Assembly (NCBI RefSeq): GCF_009834535.1
Contig: NC_045696.1
Span: forward strand, 109,494,001-109,558,000
DNA: 64,000 bases
Source: Camelus ferus
Lineage: Eukaryota
Direction of reading: 5' to 3'
Shown: positions 36,791 to 51,160 of the stretch, piece after piece
How the letters are laid out: each line of letters opens with the position of its first letter
Numbering within the stretch: the stretch's first letter is position 1
Program-made: the position numbers and the translations under genes
Notes under the pieces: generated by a model
The model's database searches: none
The model's input: the letters and a program-made list of their open reading frames with translations, nothing else
Told to the model about the DNA's origin: nothing

Positions 36791-39299
36791 GGCTGTCAAC
36801 CCCAACTCTGTTAGTTTCTGCTGGTGCAGAAGAATATGTTCTCCTAGTTGCCCAAAAATGAAACTCCAAATGCATATGCACATAGAAGTCATTGTATACG
36901 TGGAGGCTTAGCCTCATGGGAAGACAACACACGTGATCACAGGGGCATTATGAACTAACAAGGCTCTGTGAACTCCATGGGAAACTCCATCACTTCTGAT
37001 GTGCAAACAATCCACTTTATAAATGACTTCGAGATCTCAATCATGAGTGAGTTTGAGACAGGCTGTTCCAGACCTGCCGTGGGTGTTGCCAGGGTTTCAG
37101 GAAGAACTGTGGAAGAGCAGAATTTAGGAGGGTGAGGAAATAGGTCCTTCAGAGAGGAAATTCTGAATGAAGTTCCAGGAGTTTGCTGATAGCCTTGGCC
37201 CCTTGGCCACACTTCCAGAAAACCCTCCGGAAGACCGCTGCCTTTCCCTATTGTTCTCTTATGGATCGCGTCTGAGGTTTGGGTCTTGCTAACCTCCTCC
37301 TCCTTTGGCTCTGCTCATTCACAAATCGTGCCCCCTTCAGAGCAGAGAGGTAGTGGGTGGCTCTCGAGAACCATGACTTGGAGGAGAACTCGGGGCTGCC
37401 CTTCTGCTTCCTGGCAGAATTCTCTCTTCTACCAGAGTGACAGGAAGGACTTGTCAAAGCCACTTGCCATGGCCTTCCTATGTTGCTCGACCCTTCCAAG
37501 GCCCTCTCTTGGCCTCAGTGCTAGATCTTTGTGAAGAGACCTCTTATTGAACCCTTGACAGCCTCCCACCTGCCTCAGCCTGGAGCATGGGTCCTTGAAC
37601 AATGGAGTGGCCAGACCTTGGTCTGCCTAGATCTGCCCCACCCCCGTGGGCTCCATTCCAGGGAGATAGACCTTCCTGCCACTGTGTCCCTGCCCTTCCA
37701 AACCTGTCCAGAAATTCGAGCCAAAATTCTTATTTAAATAGTGGGATGAGGCAGAGGGTTGACTCGCGTGTAGCTGGGATGGCGCAGGGGTAGCCGGGGG
37801 TGCGGGGGCGTCCCGGCCTGTTTCTGGTTAGCCTCTCACAGCCCTGTGAAAACTGGCACAGCCAGACCTCTGGTGTCTTGTGGGAAGAAGAATGTGCTCT
37901 GATAAACTTGAGCCTTCCAGAAGTGGGCCTCGGGAAAGATGAGACATAGACTGACAGCCAGCTAACGATCACACTGCCGTCTGCCCTTTCCCAGGCCCCT
38001 CCAGACAGGCAGGCGGCCCCGAGCCTGTGGTGGCTGGACTGGGCAGGCATTTCTCTGACCTTACCACAGGATCTGACACGGTGGGCAGGTCGGAGGAGGT
38101 GGGCGGTGAGCCTCTGGAGCCACTGGAGGGAACTGGGTCTGGGGCCTTTGCTGGAATGCGTGGGAGATGGGGAGAGGGCGCTCTTCCTTCTTCACGTGGG
38201 CGGAAATTCTGAATCCGCTCCAGGGAGGAGGGGTGGAGTGGGCTGAAGAAAGCCAAGCCCCCTAGTTCTGCCAAAGGCTCCTGATCTTTTCCTCCCACTC
38301 CCCCATCACTGTCCTCTTACTTTCAAGAAAAGAGCCTGATGATCTAAATTCTAGAAGGCTCTGTCTTCACCAGAATTAGCTGGCTACGGCTACCCACTGC
38401 GGGGAGTCCCAGGCACAAGTTCTTGGAAAGCCCGCATTCCGTCTGCCTCTGACACAAAAACCTGTCTCCGCATCACACCAGGAAGCAGCAGGTCCTACCA
38501 TCACCACACCCTTCCTCCAGGACGGACAGCCAGCTGCTGCCTCCCTCCCTGAGTCGGGGAAGGTGGCCTTCCAGGGGTGATTGTAACTGCTCTTTCCTTT
38601 CACCAGTGTCACAGCCTGGTCCAGGGTGGATTTGGACCCATTCAGGGCTGGCAGAAGGAAAAATAGAGTGTGTTGAGAGATCTTGAATCAATTTGGAATG
38701 CAGAATAGCCAAAGAACAACTCAGGAGACTGGGATTTAATGGGGGCCCATTGATCATTTTTTTTAAATACACATTTTTAATAAAGGCAGTTTCTGACATG
38801 TAATCTGACATTCTAAAAGTTAATGATAACAGTTAAACCATCCCCAGAGAGTTTTGCCTCCTGGACACTTCACTACGTGAAATTTCATGAGGATTTTTGT
38901 GGCACTGGTGCACTATGCAAAGTGCCGTGTGAAGACTTAATAAGCCAGTCAACATTTTTACGATCTTTGATGACTGTTAAATGGCTCACAAAAAATAATT
39001 TTGCCAGCCAAGTCAACTACAATGTTCTAAGAACTGCAAATTTAGTAAAATAATAAGAATCAGCAAAATCGAGAACTAGAACTCTTAAAAGAAGCACTTA
39101 CTTACTCTCCGGCCCTTGGTTTCTCAGGCTCTTGCTCCCCGACAGCAAGCCTGGCCTTGGGCATCTTGGACACACCCGCTCTGGGCTGGGCGCCCCTGTC
39201 CACACAGCTGTGGAGCAGACCAGCGCTCCTTGCCCGCCTCTCTTGCAGCGCATAGCCTCACCTATCACTACCGAAGCAGCTCTTCTTAAAAAGTTTTAA

Positions 39300-39525
39300 A
39301 TTTTTAAAAAATTTATTGAAGTACAGTCAGTTACAGCATGTCAGTTTCTGATGTACAGCACAATGTCCCCGTCATGCAGATACATCCGTGTATTCATTTT
39401 CATATTCTTTTTCATTAAAGGTTATTATAAGATATTGGATATGGTTCCCTGTGCTGTACAGAAGAATTTTTTTAAATCTGTTTTTATATATAGTGGTTAA
39501 ACTTTGCAAACCTCAAACTCCTAAA
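39300..39525 (-). mobile_element. Lineage-specific L1 3' end
   Basis: tttattgaagtacagtcagttacag...ggttattataagatattggatatggttccctgtgctgtacag. Confidence 0.8.
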
Positions 39526-39919
39526 CTCGACTGGGTCAACTCTGCTTTTTACACACAGATCTTGAAAACCGGTCTTAATCCCTTCAGTGTGTTGTTACAC
39601 CACCCGCTTTTGATCTTCAGCCTCCAGAGTTCTCCTTAGGATGCAATCCAGGCCCCTTCCCAGGACGCACCAGCCCCCAGGGGCGCCCAGACTTCGCCCT
39701 GGTTGTGTCTGCACAGCAACCACACTGAACCTGTGAGCTGCTCCTCCCCCCTCCTCCCCACTGATCTGCTGTCTCCTCCTGTTGATCTTCTCAGCTCAAA
39801 AGCCGCTTCCTCCAGGAGTCCTTCACAAATGCTCTCGCCAGCAGCTCTGGGTCTGGTGCCTTCCCCACGTGCTCTCTGGTACCCTGTCCTCTCCCAACTC
39901 AGTGGGTACCAGGCTGTAT

Positions 39920-40685
39920 TTTTATATCATGGTAAAATATACATAACATGAAATTTGCCATTGTAACCCCTGGGAAGTGTCCAGTTCAGTGGCATTACGT
40001 AAGTACATTCACACTGTTGTACAACCATTATCACCGTCCATCTCCAGAACTTTTTTGTCTTTCCCAAGTGAAACTGGACCCATCAAACACCAACTCCCGA
40101 TTCCTCCTAACCCCAGCCCCTGGCAGCCACCATTCTACTTTCTGTCTTTATGAATCTGTCTCTTCTGGGTTCCACATATAGATGGAATCATGCAATGTTT
40201 GTACTTCGGTGTCAAGCTTATTTCACTTAGCATAGCATCTTCAAGGTTTATTCATTTTGTATGTAGGGTGTTTCAGAAGTCCCTTCCTTTTCAAGGCTCA
40301 CTAATACCCCATTGTATGTGTATACCACATTATGTTTATCCATTCACCCATTGATGGACATTTGGGTTGTTTCCATCTTTTGACTGTTGTAAATAATCCT
40401 ACTGTGAACACTGGTGTACAAATATCCATTCAAGTCCCAGCTTTTAATTCTTTTGAGTAAATACCCAGAAGTGTAAATGCTGGATAAGGTAGTAGTTCTA
40501 TTTTTTAATTTTTTTGATGAACTTCCACACTGTTTTACACAGTGGCTGCACCATTTCACATTCTTACCAGCAAGACATAAGGGTTCCAGTTTCTCCACAT
40601 CTTACCCAACACTTGTTGTTTTCTGTTTTTTGATAATAACTGTCCTGATGGCTGTGAAGCGGTATCTCGCTGAGGTTTTGGTTTG
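39920..40685 (-). mobile_element. L1 (L1MB-like) 3' region
   Basis: ggtaaaatatacataacatgaaatttgccatt...gatggacatttgggttgtttcca...atacccagaagtgtaaatgctggata. Confidence 0.85.
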
Positions 40686-42019
40686 ACCAGACAATGCTGC
40701 GGTGGCTCCTTTGATGATGTGCGTACACAGAAGACGAGGGTTTGTAAGGACAGCACCTATGCTGTCTCAGTCACCCCAGCAGAGTGCCCGCCCAAGCCCA
40801 CTACCAAAGAACTGAACAGCTGAGAGTGAGCCAAATTTGGTCCAGGTTTCTTTTCAGGACCCACCCTCCAAGCTTTCCCCCTGTGAAGCAGGCATCCTCC
40901 CCGGCAGCTGACGGGCCTGGGTGTGGACCTTCCCTGGCCAAACTGGAAGCAGGGGTCGATTCTTTGCATGTCTTTCTCAGGATGTCATTTGCCTTCAGGT
41001 GATCTTTAAGCCTCTCATGCGTATAGGGTAGACCTGGCCCTGCCCTCCTGTAGCTCACAAGATGACACGCGACAGGGAACTGCTGTCACCCCCTGGACAG
41101 AGACAGCACAACCAGGCACCTTTACAAGTGACAGCAGCCCACGGTTTTAGGGAGCTTCAAACTTTGCTGAAAAATCTACTTGAAATTTGTTTGACTCTTC
41201 TAAAAAGAAATGCCCATTTGAAAACTTGGCAGCAGCTTTTCTATTTACGAGCCCTTTAGATGTGCATCAACTCAGTGAGAATTGGCAGAGGGAAGTGAGC
41301 CGGGCTGCGGGACTGTGCAGCTGCACTTGGCAGCGAGGATCGGAGGGGGGGTTTCCCAGGCCTCGCAGCTGCTCTGCTCTCCTTCCTGAACCATTGGGTC
41401 TGGCACAGCCCAGGGCGGGTGCACGCTCAGCCTCTGGGGTGTCCTGTGTGGCTGCTGAAGTGAGTGCACGGCGTGAGCTGTGAGCCTGACACTGGCCCGC
41501 TGGCCCTCTGGCAACCGCCCACCCTCTGCAGTGCTTGACGCCTTCCCCAAAGTCCTCTGAGGTCTTTCAAAGTCAAGATCACTGACATGGGAGTCTCAGA
41601 TCACGATGAGAACTTGGGTCTCAGGCTCCCAATCCAGCCCTTCCAATATCTCTGGGCCTTGCCTGCCCACAGCCACCCTGGGGGTGGGCATGAGACTGCC
41701 AGCACCACACCCCTGTGTCTGAGTGCTGGACCCGGGGCAGTGCTGGCGGAAGGGTTCCTGTGTGGTGACGGGTGGGCCACTCATGGTCTCTTTCTCAGCA
41801 GGAACATTTAACAGTTTTGTGCTTCCAGACTAACATGACGATCCTGAGAATCAGGCCCTTGGAGCATCACTGAGTCACCCCAGCCTTCCTACCAGAGGGC
41901 AGGGACAGCCCTCAGCCACACTGACTGACCCTTGGGTCCAGTTACTCAGGCCTGTGCCCCTTTCTGGAACCACAGTCTTCCAGCCCTTTAATGACCCACA
42001 GGGACTCTTTCTATCCATT

Positions 42020-42590
42020 CACCTTATGGTCTCTGCCTCAAGGGAAACTGAGGCTCAGAGAGGTTTAGAAACTTACTTAAGGTCACACAGCTACCTAGGG
42101 CTAAAACCAATTTATTTATTTTTTTTTAAATGCCTTTTTTGAGGTGTGATTGACATGTAAAAAGCTGTACATATTAATGTATAAAATTTGATGAGTTTGG
42201 GGATGAGTATGCATCTGTGAAGCCATCACTACCATCACGGCCACAGACATAATACATCACCTCCCAAAGTTTCCTCCTGCCCCTTTATTATTACTGTGTG
42301 TGTGTCTGTATGTGTGTGTGTGTATTAAGAACACTTAAGATCTACCCTCCTAGCAAATTTTAAGTCTACAACGCAGTATCGTTATCTATAGGCACTATGC
42401 TGTCTAGTAGATCTCCAGAACTTATCTGGAATAACTGAAACCTTTTACCCTTTGACCAACATCTCCCCATTTCCCCCTCCCCCAAGCCACCATTCTACTC
42501 TCTGCTTCTATGTGTTTGACTCTTTTAGATCCTGCATCTAAGTGAAATCATACAGCGTTTGTCTTTCTGTGTCTGGCTTATTTCACCAAA
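42020..42590 (-). mobile_element. MIR fragment followed by L1 (L1MA-like) 3' end
   Basis: gggaaactgaggctcagagagg...aaggtcacacagcta; taagaacacttaagatctaccctcctagcaaattttaagt. Confidence 0.8.
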
Positions 42591-44914
42591 ACCAACGTCT
42601 TGACTCTTTATACTGTGCGTTTGTTTCATCTCTTCGTCTTGGATTTCAGCAAAACTCCCAGCCCGCCCCTTTCCAGAACAGCTCTGCCTGGGAGGAAGTA
42701 GGGGTAAGGTCCCAGCCACCTACAGAGGTCAGAGGGCTCAGGCATTTGGCTGTAACTGGGGATGGGTAGAGGAATCTCCCCAAGCCTGGCTCCTCCGTCC
42801 CTGCAAAATGTGTGTTGTGCTTTTCAAAGCTGCCCTTTCAGACTTGGTTTCATTAAGGACTTTGAGTCAGGCACGCATGGATTCAAATACCAGTTCTGCC
42901 CCAAAGTGGCCACTTAGGCGGGGTGGGCCAGAAACCTCTGCAAGCAGCACACAGTGTATGCCACAGCCTTGGCAGAGTCTGCCTGTGCAGGAGATGGAAG
43001 TTTAAAAATTCTGGCGCTAGAACTTGGATCCCTTCAGTAGAGCACAAAAGTCTGAGAAAAGCCCAGCGCCACCCCCCACTCCCCTAGGGAGAGATGGTGG
43101 AGGTGGGCCAAGATTCATGGCCCTAGTGTGATGCATACCTTTGCAGGCCTGGGGCAATGGTTCTGGAACAAAGAAACAAGAAACGAGAAAGACATTGTTA
43201 AATTTTGGCTATATTTTCTTATGAAAGAATATTTTTAATTTAAAAGCTTTTACTGTTGCTCTATTTCCAAAGTATCATGTGTTCGTTATAGAAAAATTAG
43301 AAAGTACGCTGAGGTGAGCACACGTACACACAAAGGCCACTGCAGTCCCATCACCCAGAAGGAGCCATGATCTTCCAGACTTGTTCTCTGGATATTCAAT
43401 TAGGCTGCATAAGTTTTATAAATTAGGGCTCATATTCTTCTCCAAACTACTAGTTATTTTTTGAATCTACAAGATGTCTTTCCCTTTCAATAAGGCTACA
43501 TTCTCACCCTAATTCTAAGAGGCTGCCTCCTGTTTCACCGTGTGGGTGGACCACTCTATCTGAACCCTGCATTGAAAGGCAGGATAATGGGTGTGGGGCC
43601 AGAGGGGGAGGTACCGAGGGACACCAGCGGGGCTGGGTGCACAGAGCTTCCATGCACAGGGCTGGTGTCGGCTCTGACCTTGACCCGACAGACATCTTGG
43701 CCCCCTTTGCTTTTCCTGGGACAGGTCTCCCTGATTGATGGGGAGCCCCCAAGCCGGCCGTTTTCAAATGTGTCCTATGTAAAGGCCAGTGTATGTGACA
43801 GGAGTTGTGGAGCCAAACTGAACGAAGCCTGTGTGTTTGGGGGAGGGGAGAGGACCATGAGGAAGGCAGACCCCCACCCTCAGCCCCACTGTCCAGGGCA
43901 AGCCCTGAGCTTAACGGCACTGCACAGAGTCCAGGGTGACAGGCAGATCTAGTCCACAGCCCTCATTTTTCCTCTCTGTGGAGCTCTGAGGCCCCCCTAG
44001 CTCAGAGGTCTACCCAGTCTGGGAGGACCACAAATAAGAATGAAACTGAACCCCACGGAGCAGAATCAGTGATGTCAGTGATTTCTGCTGGCCCCTACAA
44101 GGCTGGAAAAGAAGGCATCTTATGGAAAGGAGCCCTCAAGAGCCCAAGGGCCTTGGAGAGCTGACAGTGCTGTTTGTTTATGTGAGCCAAATTAAAAGCA
44201 GCGGCCTGGGAGCAGCGTCCAGCCTGGCCAGGTCCCCACAGCCACAGGCACAGGTGCCCACAGGCCATCACAGAAGGATCTCAAGGTGCAGCCTCAGCTC
44301 CCCCTCTGTAATAGGAGAGGTTGAACCAGAAGGTCTCAGAGTCCCTTCATCTTCCCACATTCCTCATCCTTGGGAGCTGCCAGGTTTGGTAAAGATGTTG
44401 GTGCCTTTGGCAGTAGGGCTCTCCAGCGTGACCCAGTGCTGGGTTCGTCCAGTAGTGAGGGCTCTGGGATTCATAGCCCTGGGGGGACATCCCAGGCCAG
44501 GGGGACACCATCTTCTGTGGGACAGAATGACCTCTGTCCTTCTAAAAAGAACCACCCCTTTGGGGCCAGAGCCTGAGGCTGCCCACAGGGGTGCTGAAGG
44601 CCGACAAGCTCGGGTGTTGATCATGGTCCCCCCTTTCCCAGCTGGGTCATCCTGCCTCCGGGGAGGAAGGAACTGATCCCTCCATGCCTGCACCCGGAGA
44701 GAGGAATGGACCCCCGGGAGAGGAGGGTGCCTCTCCCACCAGACAAGGACTGCACCCCCCCAAAGCAGGGAGCCCACACTCTCCCCTCCTCTCACCTTTG
44801 TTTCTGGAGCCACTCCCAGAAGACCTGGGAGAAAGACCAGGTCTGGAGGCCAGCTGTTGAGGCCAGGACAACACGGTGGGCGGGGCGTGACTGGCGCGTG
44901 CTCTCTCTTGGCAG

Positions 44915-45142
44915 GGAACAGCAGCCGCCTCCAGGCCGAGCTCTGTCAGAAACCCAGGCAGGACCAGCCCCCCAGCAAGTGCCACAGCAGCACGCAGGAC
45001 TCCCGGAAGGAGACCAGCAGCATGTGGGGTCTCATGGTGGTGGCCCAGCTGCTGGCTGGCATCGGCACGGTGCCCATCCAGCCGTTTGGGATCTCCTACG
45101 TGGACGACTTCTCGGAGCCCAACAACTCGCCCCTGTACATCT
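44915..45142 (+). CDS. SLCO2A1: SLCO2A1 exon 4 ([14 protein letters not shown]...[18 protein letters not shown])
   Basis: cttggcag|GG acceptor, TCT|gtgagt donor, 228 nt, phase 1/1. Confidence 0.97.
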
Positions 45143-45739
45143 GTGAGTCGGGCTCGAAGAGGGCGGTGGGGCGGGGATTGGTCCTGATGTGGCTCGGCCA
45201 CCGCGTGCAGAGGTTTGGGGATCTCACAGACCTGGTTTGAGTGTCGCCTCTGGGACCTGCTAGCTGTGTGATCGGGGCTGAGTGGCTGAGCCCAGCCCCT
45301 GGCTCCTCACCAGCAGGACGGGGCCCACAGTCTCTGTGTGCTGGGGGCGTGGGAGTGCCTGAGGTGATATGTGTGACCACTGGGCCCTGGGCTGGGCACA
45401 GTACCTACTGCTGCTGACAGTCCTCCAGGCTCAGGCTGGGCACACACGTCTTCTGATCTGTCCACTTAGGGACAAGTTGGCCTCAAAGAAACACGTGCGA
45501 AGCAGATAGCAGATGCTCATATCCTTCCCTGTGAACAAGCCACACCCTCAGGACCCACACCCCAGACCAGACAGACCACACCCACGGGCTCTGTGGTTTC
45601 ACGAGCTGCCGCCAGGGCTGCCACATCCTACCTGCAGGGAGCTTGGTCCACAGGCACACTCCCGGGCTGGCACCTGTAAATACTGGTGAGGCTGTTGCCC
45701 TCCTGGCAAGCGGATCTCTCTGGCTTCTGGCTGGAGTGA

Positions 45740-46195
<456 letters not shown>

Positions 46196-46429
46196 TAAAG
46201 GGACTTTGAAACCCTCTGATTCAGCCTCTCCTTCTGATCCTTGGGAGCTGCCAGGTTATACCGGCAAACCTTGAGACCTAGAGGCTTCAGGTGTTGCCAC
46301 CACAGCTTGGTGGTGGTACTAAAGACAGCTCTACAGTTCTTTGATTTTAAGGTGATCTTGATTGTTTAAACAATTTTAATAAGAGCTCTTTTGGGGAAAA
46401 GAAGAAGCACACAGACTATGACTTAAATG

Positions 46430-46640
46430 CAGAAAGGCATAACATCATGTTTAACCATGTAGACACTGGCGGTGGACAGCCTGTGTCTAAATCCTGGTTC
46501 GACCTCTTACTGGCTGAGTGATCTTGGACAAGTATCTTCATCTTTCTGTGCCTCGTTTTCCTCATCTGTAAAATGGAGCTGATGCTAGTGAAATAGAGTT
46601 GTTGTAATGTTTAGAACATGCCTGATAGATATTGAGGTTG
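46430..46640 (+). mobile_element. MIR SINE
   Basis: gtgatcttggacaagt...tctgtgcctcgttttcctcatctgtaaaatgg. Confidence 0.8.
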
Positions 46641-47915
46641 ACAGGAGTGAGCTCTTCAAAAAATGATATGGATTAAACCATTGTGTATCTTAGGATGAGA
46701 AAATAGAATCCATAGACAAGAGCACACGTGCTGAGTTAACCGTTCAGGCAGCCGCCCCAGGATGGATCCTGAAAGGGCTTAGAGCCGCTGAGCGGTTGTT
46801 CGACACCCCCAGCCTCCCCCAAGGCGGGAAGAGCATGCCTGTGTGGGGTGACCAGGGAGGGCCCCCCAGGGAGGTCGCGGCTGCATCAAGTCCCGTGGAT
46901 GGGTGGGAATTCTGCAGGTAGTGATGAGAGGGGCCTTCCCAGGTGGGGAAACCATCTGGACAAAGCCAAGAGGGGGATCACAAGCAGAGGGTGTGGGTTC
47001 ATAAGTTCCCAGCAGCTGGAAGATATGGCTGGAAGGCAGGTCTCAGCCAGACCCTCAGGAGTAAGAAGCCTCCAGTGTCCAGCACACAGGTCAGAGCCTG
47101 CCCATCTCACAAAGAATGTGGTCAGGCCTTAAACCCAGTCATGCTGCCAGAGCCCACAGACTCCTGTCCCTGGCACTGTCTGGCCATGATTTCACCTACT
47201 CAGCATCATCCACCTGTAGTTCAAATGAAAGGGCATGGACTGACGGGGCAGCTCTCTGCTCAGGGTCAAGCCATCTTCACCCTTCGCTGGCACTTCCTGA
47301 GTTGTTACCTGGCTCTGAGTTGCCCAGAGAGTAGCAACGGAGCCCCTGGGCCCCCGGGGACAGTACCCCAGGACAGGGCTGGGCTGAGGGCCGTTCTGCT
47401 ACCTTCTCCCTCCTTCCATGCCCATGTAGTTTCTTTACAAAGAGAAACACAATGGCAGACCCTTAGATGTGGATGGATACTTGCCAGGAGAAAGCAATCT
47501 CTTTCGGAGGCCTGGTAGCCCACTCTGTAGATGGTTGGGTTTTTTTGAGCATCTGAAGATTATGAAGCCTCCTTTCTTAGGGAGCAATAAAATTGGGAGG
47601 CAGTAGCACTCAGTGATTGAGTGCAGGTTTGGACACCGTGGAGACATAGGTTTGAAATTAACCAATGGAAGGGCGCTTGCTAGCCTTAACCTTGGACAAA
47701 CCAAGGTTAACCTCAGTGATCTTCCCAGTGGCCTCTGTTCTCTGGGAAGACCAGAATGGCCTGGAGAGGAGTGTTGTCTTGACCAAGGTGCTAGCTCAAG
47801 GCTCACCTCTTCTCCAGGGTGGGAAGAGAGGTCCCCCTGATCAGAGGGTCTCTTTCTAGTAACGTGAAATCATGCATTCATCCAACAAACACTGTGTCCT
47901 TTGCTTTCTCTTCAG

Positions 47916-48052
47916 CTGCAGTCAACTTGAGCCCTAGAGATCCTCGTTGGATAGGAGCCTGGTGGCTGGGCCTACTCATTTCCTCAGCCTCCTTGGTTCT
48001 CACCTCTTGCCCCTTTTTTTTCTTTCCTCGAGCTATACCCAGAGGAGTGGAG
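47916..48052 (+). CDS. SLCO2A1: SLCO2A1 exon 6 with OATP family signature ([46 protein letters not shown])
   Basis: ctcttcag|CT acceptor, GAG|gtaagc donor, 137 nt; D-x-RW-[IV]-GAWW-x-G-[FL]-L motif. Confidence 0.97.
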
Positions 48053-49029
48053 GTAAGCTTCTGAGAACCCACAGTTCTACCTGTTACAGGAGTTTAAGAA
48101 AGGGAGATATGTATAGAAAATAAACACAGCTGAGAAGCTACAGCAAGTTAAGTAAATTCTCGGTAAAACGTAAAGCAGTTTCATGATGCAGGACTTCTCA
48201 GAGGCTTTAAGAGGTGAGAGTGCTTGTGAATTTCCAAAAGATGGTGTCACATCAGTGTTCCCTTACCATGTTAGCATCCCAGGGATCAGGAGGGCTCCAG
48301 GGAATGTAGTTTGGGAACCACTGAGTTCATCTAAAGTGGGATAAAGGGTTAAGAGCCAATAAAAGCCGAATATGTAACCTCATGCAGTTGACATTTGCAT
48401 TCAATGGGGCCCATCATGTCTAATTCTAAAAGACTGAGTCAGGAGAGGACTCCGAGTGCTGAGGAGTGTGAGAGTGGAACGTATTTTGGGCAGACTGACC
48501 TACCATGCATCTTCCAGTCATCTCTGTTGGGGAAAAAAAATCAGGGAAGGCTGAGAATGGAAAACAGGGAGAAGTCTGGGTGGGGGTCTTGACATTAGGC
48601 TGATGGTTCTAAACCTTGTTCTGATCCTGTGAAGTTCTGAGGCGCTGCAGTGAATGGTGACCACTTGGGTGACAATATGGCAGCTGGGTCGAGTTGAGGT
48701 CAGGCAGTCGGGAAGGAATGAAAGCTGGAGGTCTGATGAGACCAGTGGAGAGATGGGGGCTGCAGCTGAGGACCAGGGCAGTGGCTCCCAGACAACTGAG
48801 ACAAAGGCAGGGGTAGATGTTCTTGGAGGAGGAGCCAAGAAGGACTGAGCAGTGAGCAGGACTGGAGAAGAGGAGCTAAAGTTTGTACCAAAGTTTAGAG
48901 CCAGGGGCAGAGCTAGACATTAGGCAGTGAGGTGTGTGCGATCCAGACCCAGCTTGGGGGTGAGGGGCGATGGGGGAGGGGCTTCTTGGCTTGTCTTAGG
49001 GAAGAATTTCAGAGGTTGGCAGCATATTA

Positions 49030-49250
49030 TGGTGGTTTTGGAAGTCAAGTAAACCTGAGTTTGAATCCAGCCCTGCTACTTATAAACTAGTTAAGGGACC
49101 TTAGGCAAGTTTCCTTGCTCCTAAGTTTCCTCTCCTCTAAGATACGAGGGAGAGCAGCGTGTCTCTGGAGGAGGCTATGAGGAATGGGACCATGTGTGTG
49201 GGACACCAGGCATGGTGCCCACCGTGGAGTGAGCCCTAAATGAACGGGAG
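49030..49250 (+). mobile_element. MIR SINE
   Basis: acctgagtttgaatccagccctgctacttat...gaccttaggcaagtt. Confidence 0.7.
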
Positions 49251-49877
49251 CTCCTGGGCCTGTGATGAGTCTCCCCAGGGGTTCTTAATGGTGTCTGAGT
49301 GCAGGTATGGTGGTTCAGAGCTGGGGCTTCAGGCTGCAGCTGATGAGTTCAGAAGTGGTTGGTGAGTTCACTGAGGGGCTCTGCACATAAAGTCCAGGCT
49401 TAGAGCCAGGTCAGAGCTGTGAGCAGGACTCAACTTTTGGAGCAGGGACTCCACAGGGGAGACTGAAAGAGAGATCTGGGAACAGAGGTCGTTCTAGACC
49501 CAAGTGTCTCAGAAGCCAGCAGCCCCTGGAATCTGAGGACAGGGAAGAACATGTCTGAGGACATGTCAGTGGCCATGACAGACAGTCAGGGAGTGAGGTC
49601 CACTCAGATACCTTTGGCATCAGTCAGCAACCAGATACAAAGTGATACGCCCAAGGCTGCCTTGGAAGGCAATGGCGTGGATGCGTTCTGGTCGGAGCCA
49701 GAGCACTAGGCTCACCGACATGCAGGTGGTGATGGCTTTCAGTGCCCCCCACCACCACCTGGGGTAGCTGACCGCTGCCCAGTCCTGGGCCACCAAGACC
49801 AGCGAGATCAAGAGCCCAGGGAAGGGTGGCTGCAGGGAACCTGGGCCATTCACACTCAGCCCCTTTGCTGCCTTCAG

Positions 49878-49956
49878 AGGACTCCTGCCATCACGGATGA
49901 GGCAAGGAAGATGGAGAAGGCCAAGTCAAGAAGCTCCCTGCTGGATTTCATTAAAC
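49878..49956 (+). CDS. SLCO2A1: SLCO2A1 exon 7 (RTPAITDEARKMEKAKSRSSLLDFIK)
   Basis: gccttcag|AGG acceptor, AAC|gtaact donor, 79 nt, phase 0/1; resembles human [26 protein letters not shown]. Confidence 0.93.
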
Positions 49957-50449
49957 GTAACTGAGTGACGGCTGGCTTGGGGGTGGGGGGGGGGACGGTC
50001 AAGGGTAGCCCAGCCCGTGGGGTATAGGGTGTGGCGAGGCACAGGAAGAGCGGGTGGTCTAAAATTGGCCGTTCCCTCAGGGGGTTCTGGTGACTGCTGC
50101 TTTGCCGAGGGCAGGAGACCCACACGCAGGCAGAGGCAGCCCCAGCCCCATGGTCTGGCCCACGTTCTCCTCTCTCCTCCCTTCCTGTGGAGGCGGCCAT
50201 CACATGAGGAGAATGTTCCCGTGTTTGTTCTATTTCTATCCACCCGCCGCCTGATTTCTTCCAGGCCCATCCTCATTTTATTTAGCCCATAAGCAGGCTG
50301 AGTGCGAGTCTGAGTGGCCGTGTCCCCCCACTGGCCGCTGGACGGCTCCGGCCGCTGGATTCTGCGCTGAAGGAGAGAGGGGAGCCGCCTGGGGGCGGCC
50401 AGGGTGACCGCTGCCCAGAGGCCCGGCCCTGACGACAGTCTGTCGGCAG

Positions 50450-50614
50450 GCTTTCCCCGCATCTTCCTGCGGCTCCTGGTGAACCCGCTCTTCATGCTGG
50501 TGGTCCTGGCCCAGTGCACATTCTCCTCCGTCATTGCCGGCCTCTCCACCTTCCTCAACAAGTTCCTGGAGAAGCAGTACGGTGCCTCTGCAGCCTATGC
50601 CAACCTCCTCATCG
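50450..50614 (+). CDS. SLCO2A1: SLCO2A1 exon 8 ([55 protein letters not shown])
   Basis: gtcggcag|GC acceptor, TCG|gtgagc donor, 165 nt, phase 1/1. Confidence 0.96.
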
Positions 50615-50994
50615 GTGAGCTCCCCCGGGCACTGCCGGCTCTGGGCCCTCCTGTCGCCCATCCAGAGACAGGCGTGACCAGACCGGACGCAGACAGGAGC
50701 CATAGGGTTCTTGCCCAGGAGAAAGAATTTTAAGGACATTTTTCCTGGTTGGCAATCTAGAATGTTCTTGGCAGATTTCTTGGGTCCCTATCATTCCAGG
50801 CAGGAGTGGGCGGAGGCTGGGGTGGAGGAGGGCTGTCTTTCTCAGAGAGGCTGAAGGCCTGACTGCTTCCCAAAGGGCCTGACATCACTGGGGCAACAGA
50901 GGAAAGAGAGGATTGAATTGGGGGTTAAGAAAAATGCCTCTGGGTTTTTTTCCTTCTTCTCCAAGGATTTGAAGACATTCACCTGGATGAGGGG

Positions 50995-51160
50995 TATGTG
51001 GCCCAGTGATTCCCAACCCCAGCTGCACTTTAGGCTCCCCTGGAGAGCTTTAAAACACGCAGACACCCAGGCCCCACCCTGGATCAGTGAAAGCAGAATC
51101 TCTGTGGGGGGGCCAGCATCCAGCACCAGTGTTTTTTGCAGCTGAGGCTTAGAAGCACTA
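50995..51160. mobile_element. MER5A-like hAT fossil
   Basis: cagtgattcccaacccagctgcac-like start...cctggagagctttaaaacacgcagacacccaggccccaccc...gaatctctg. Confidence 0.65.
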
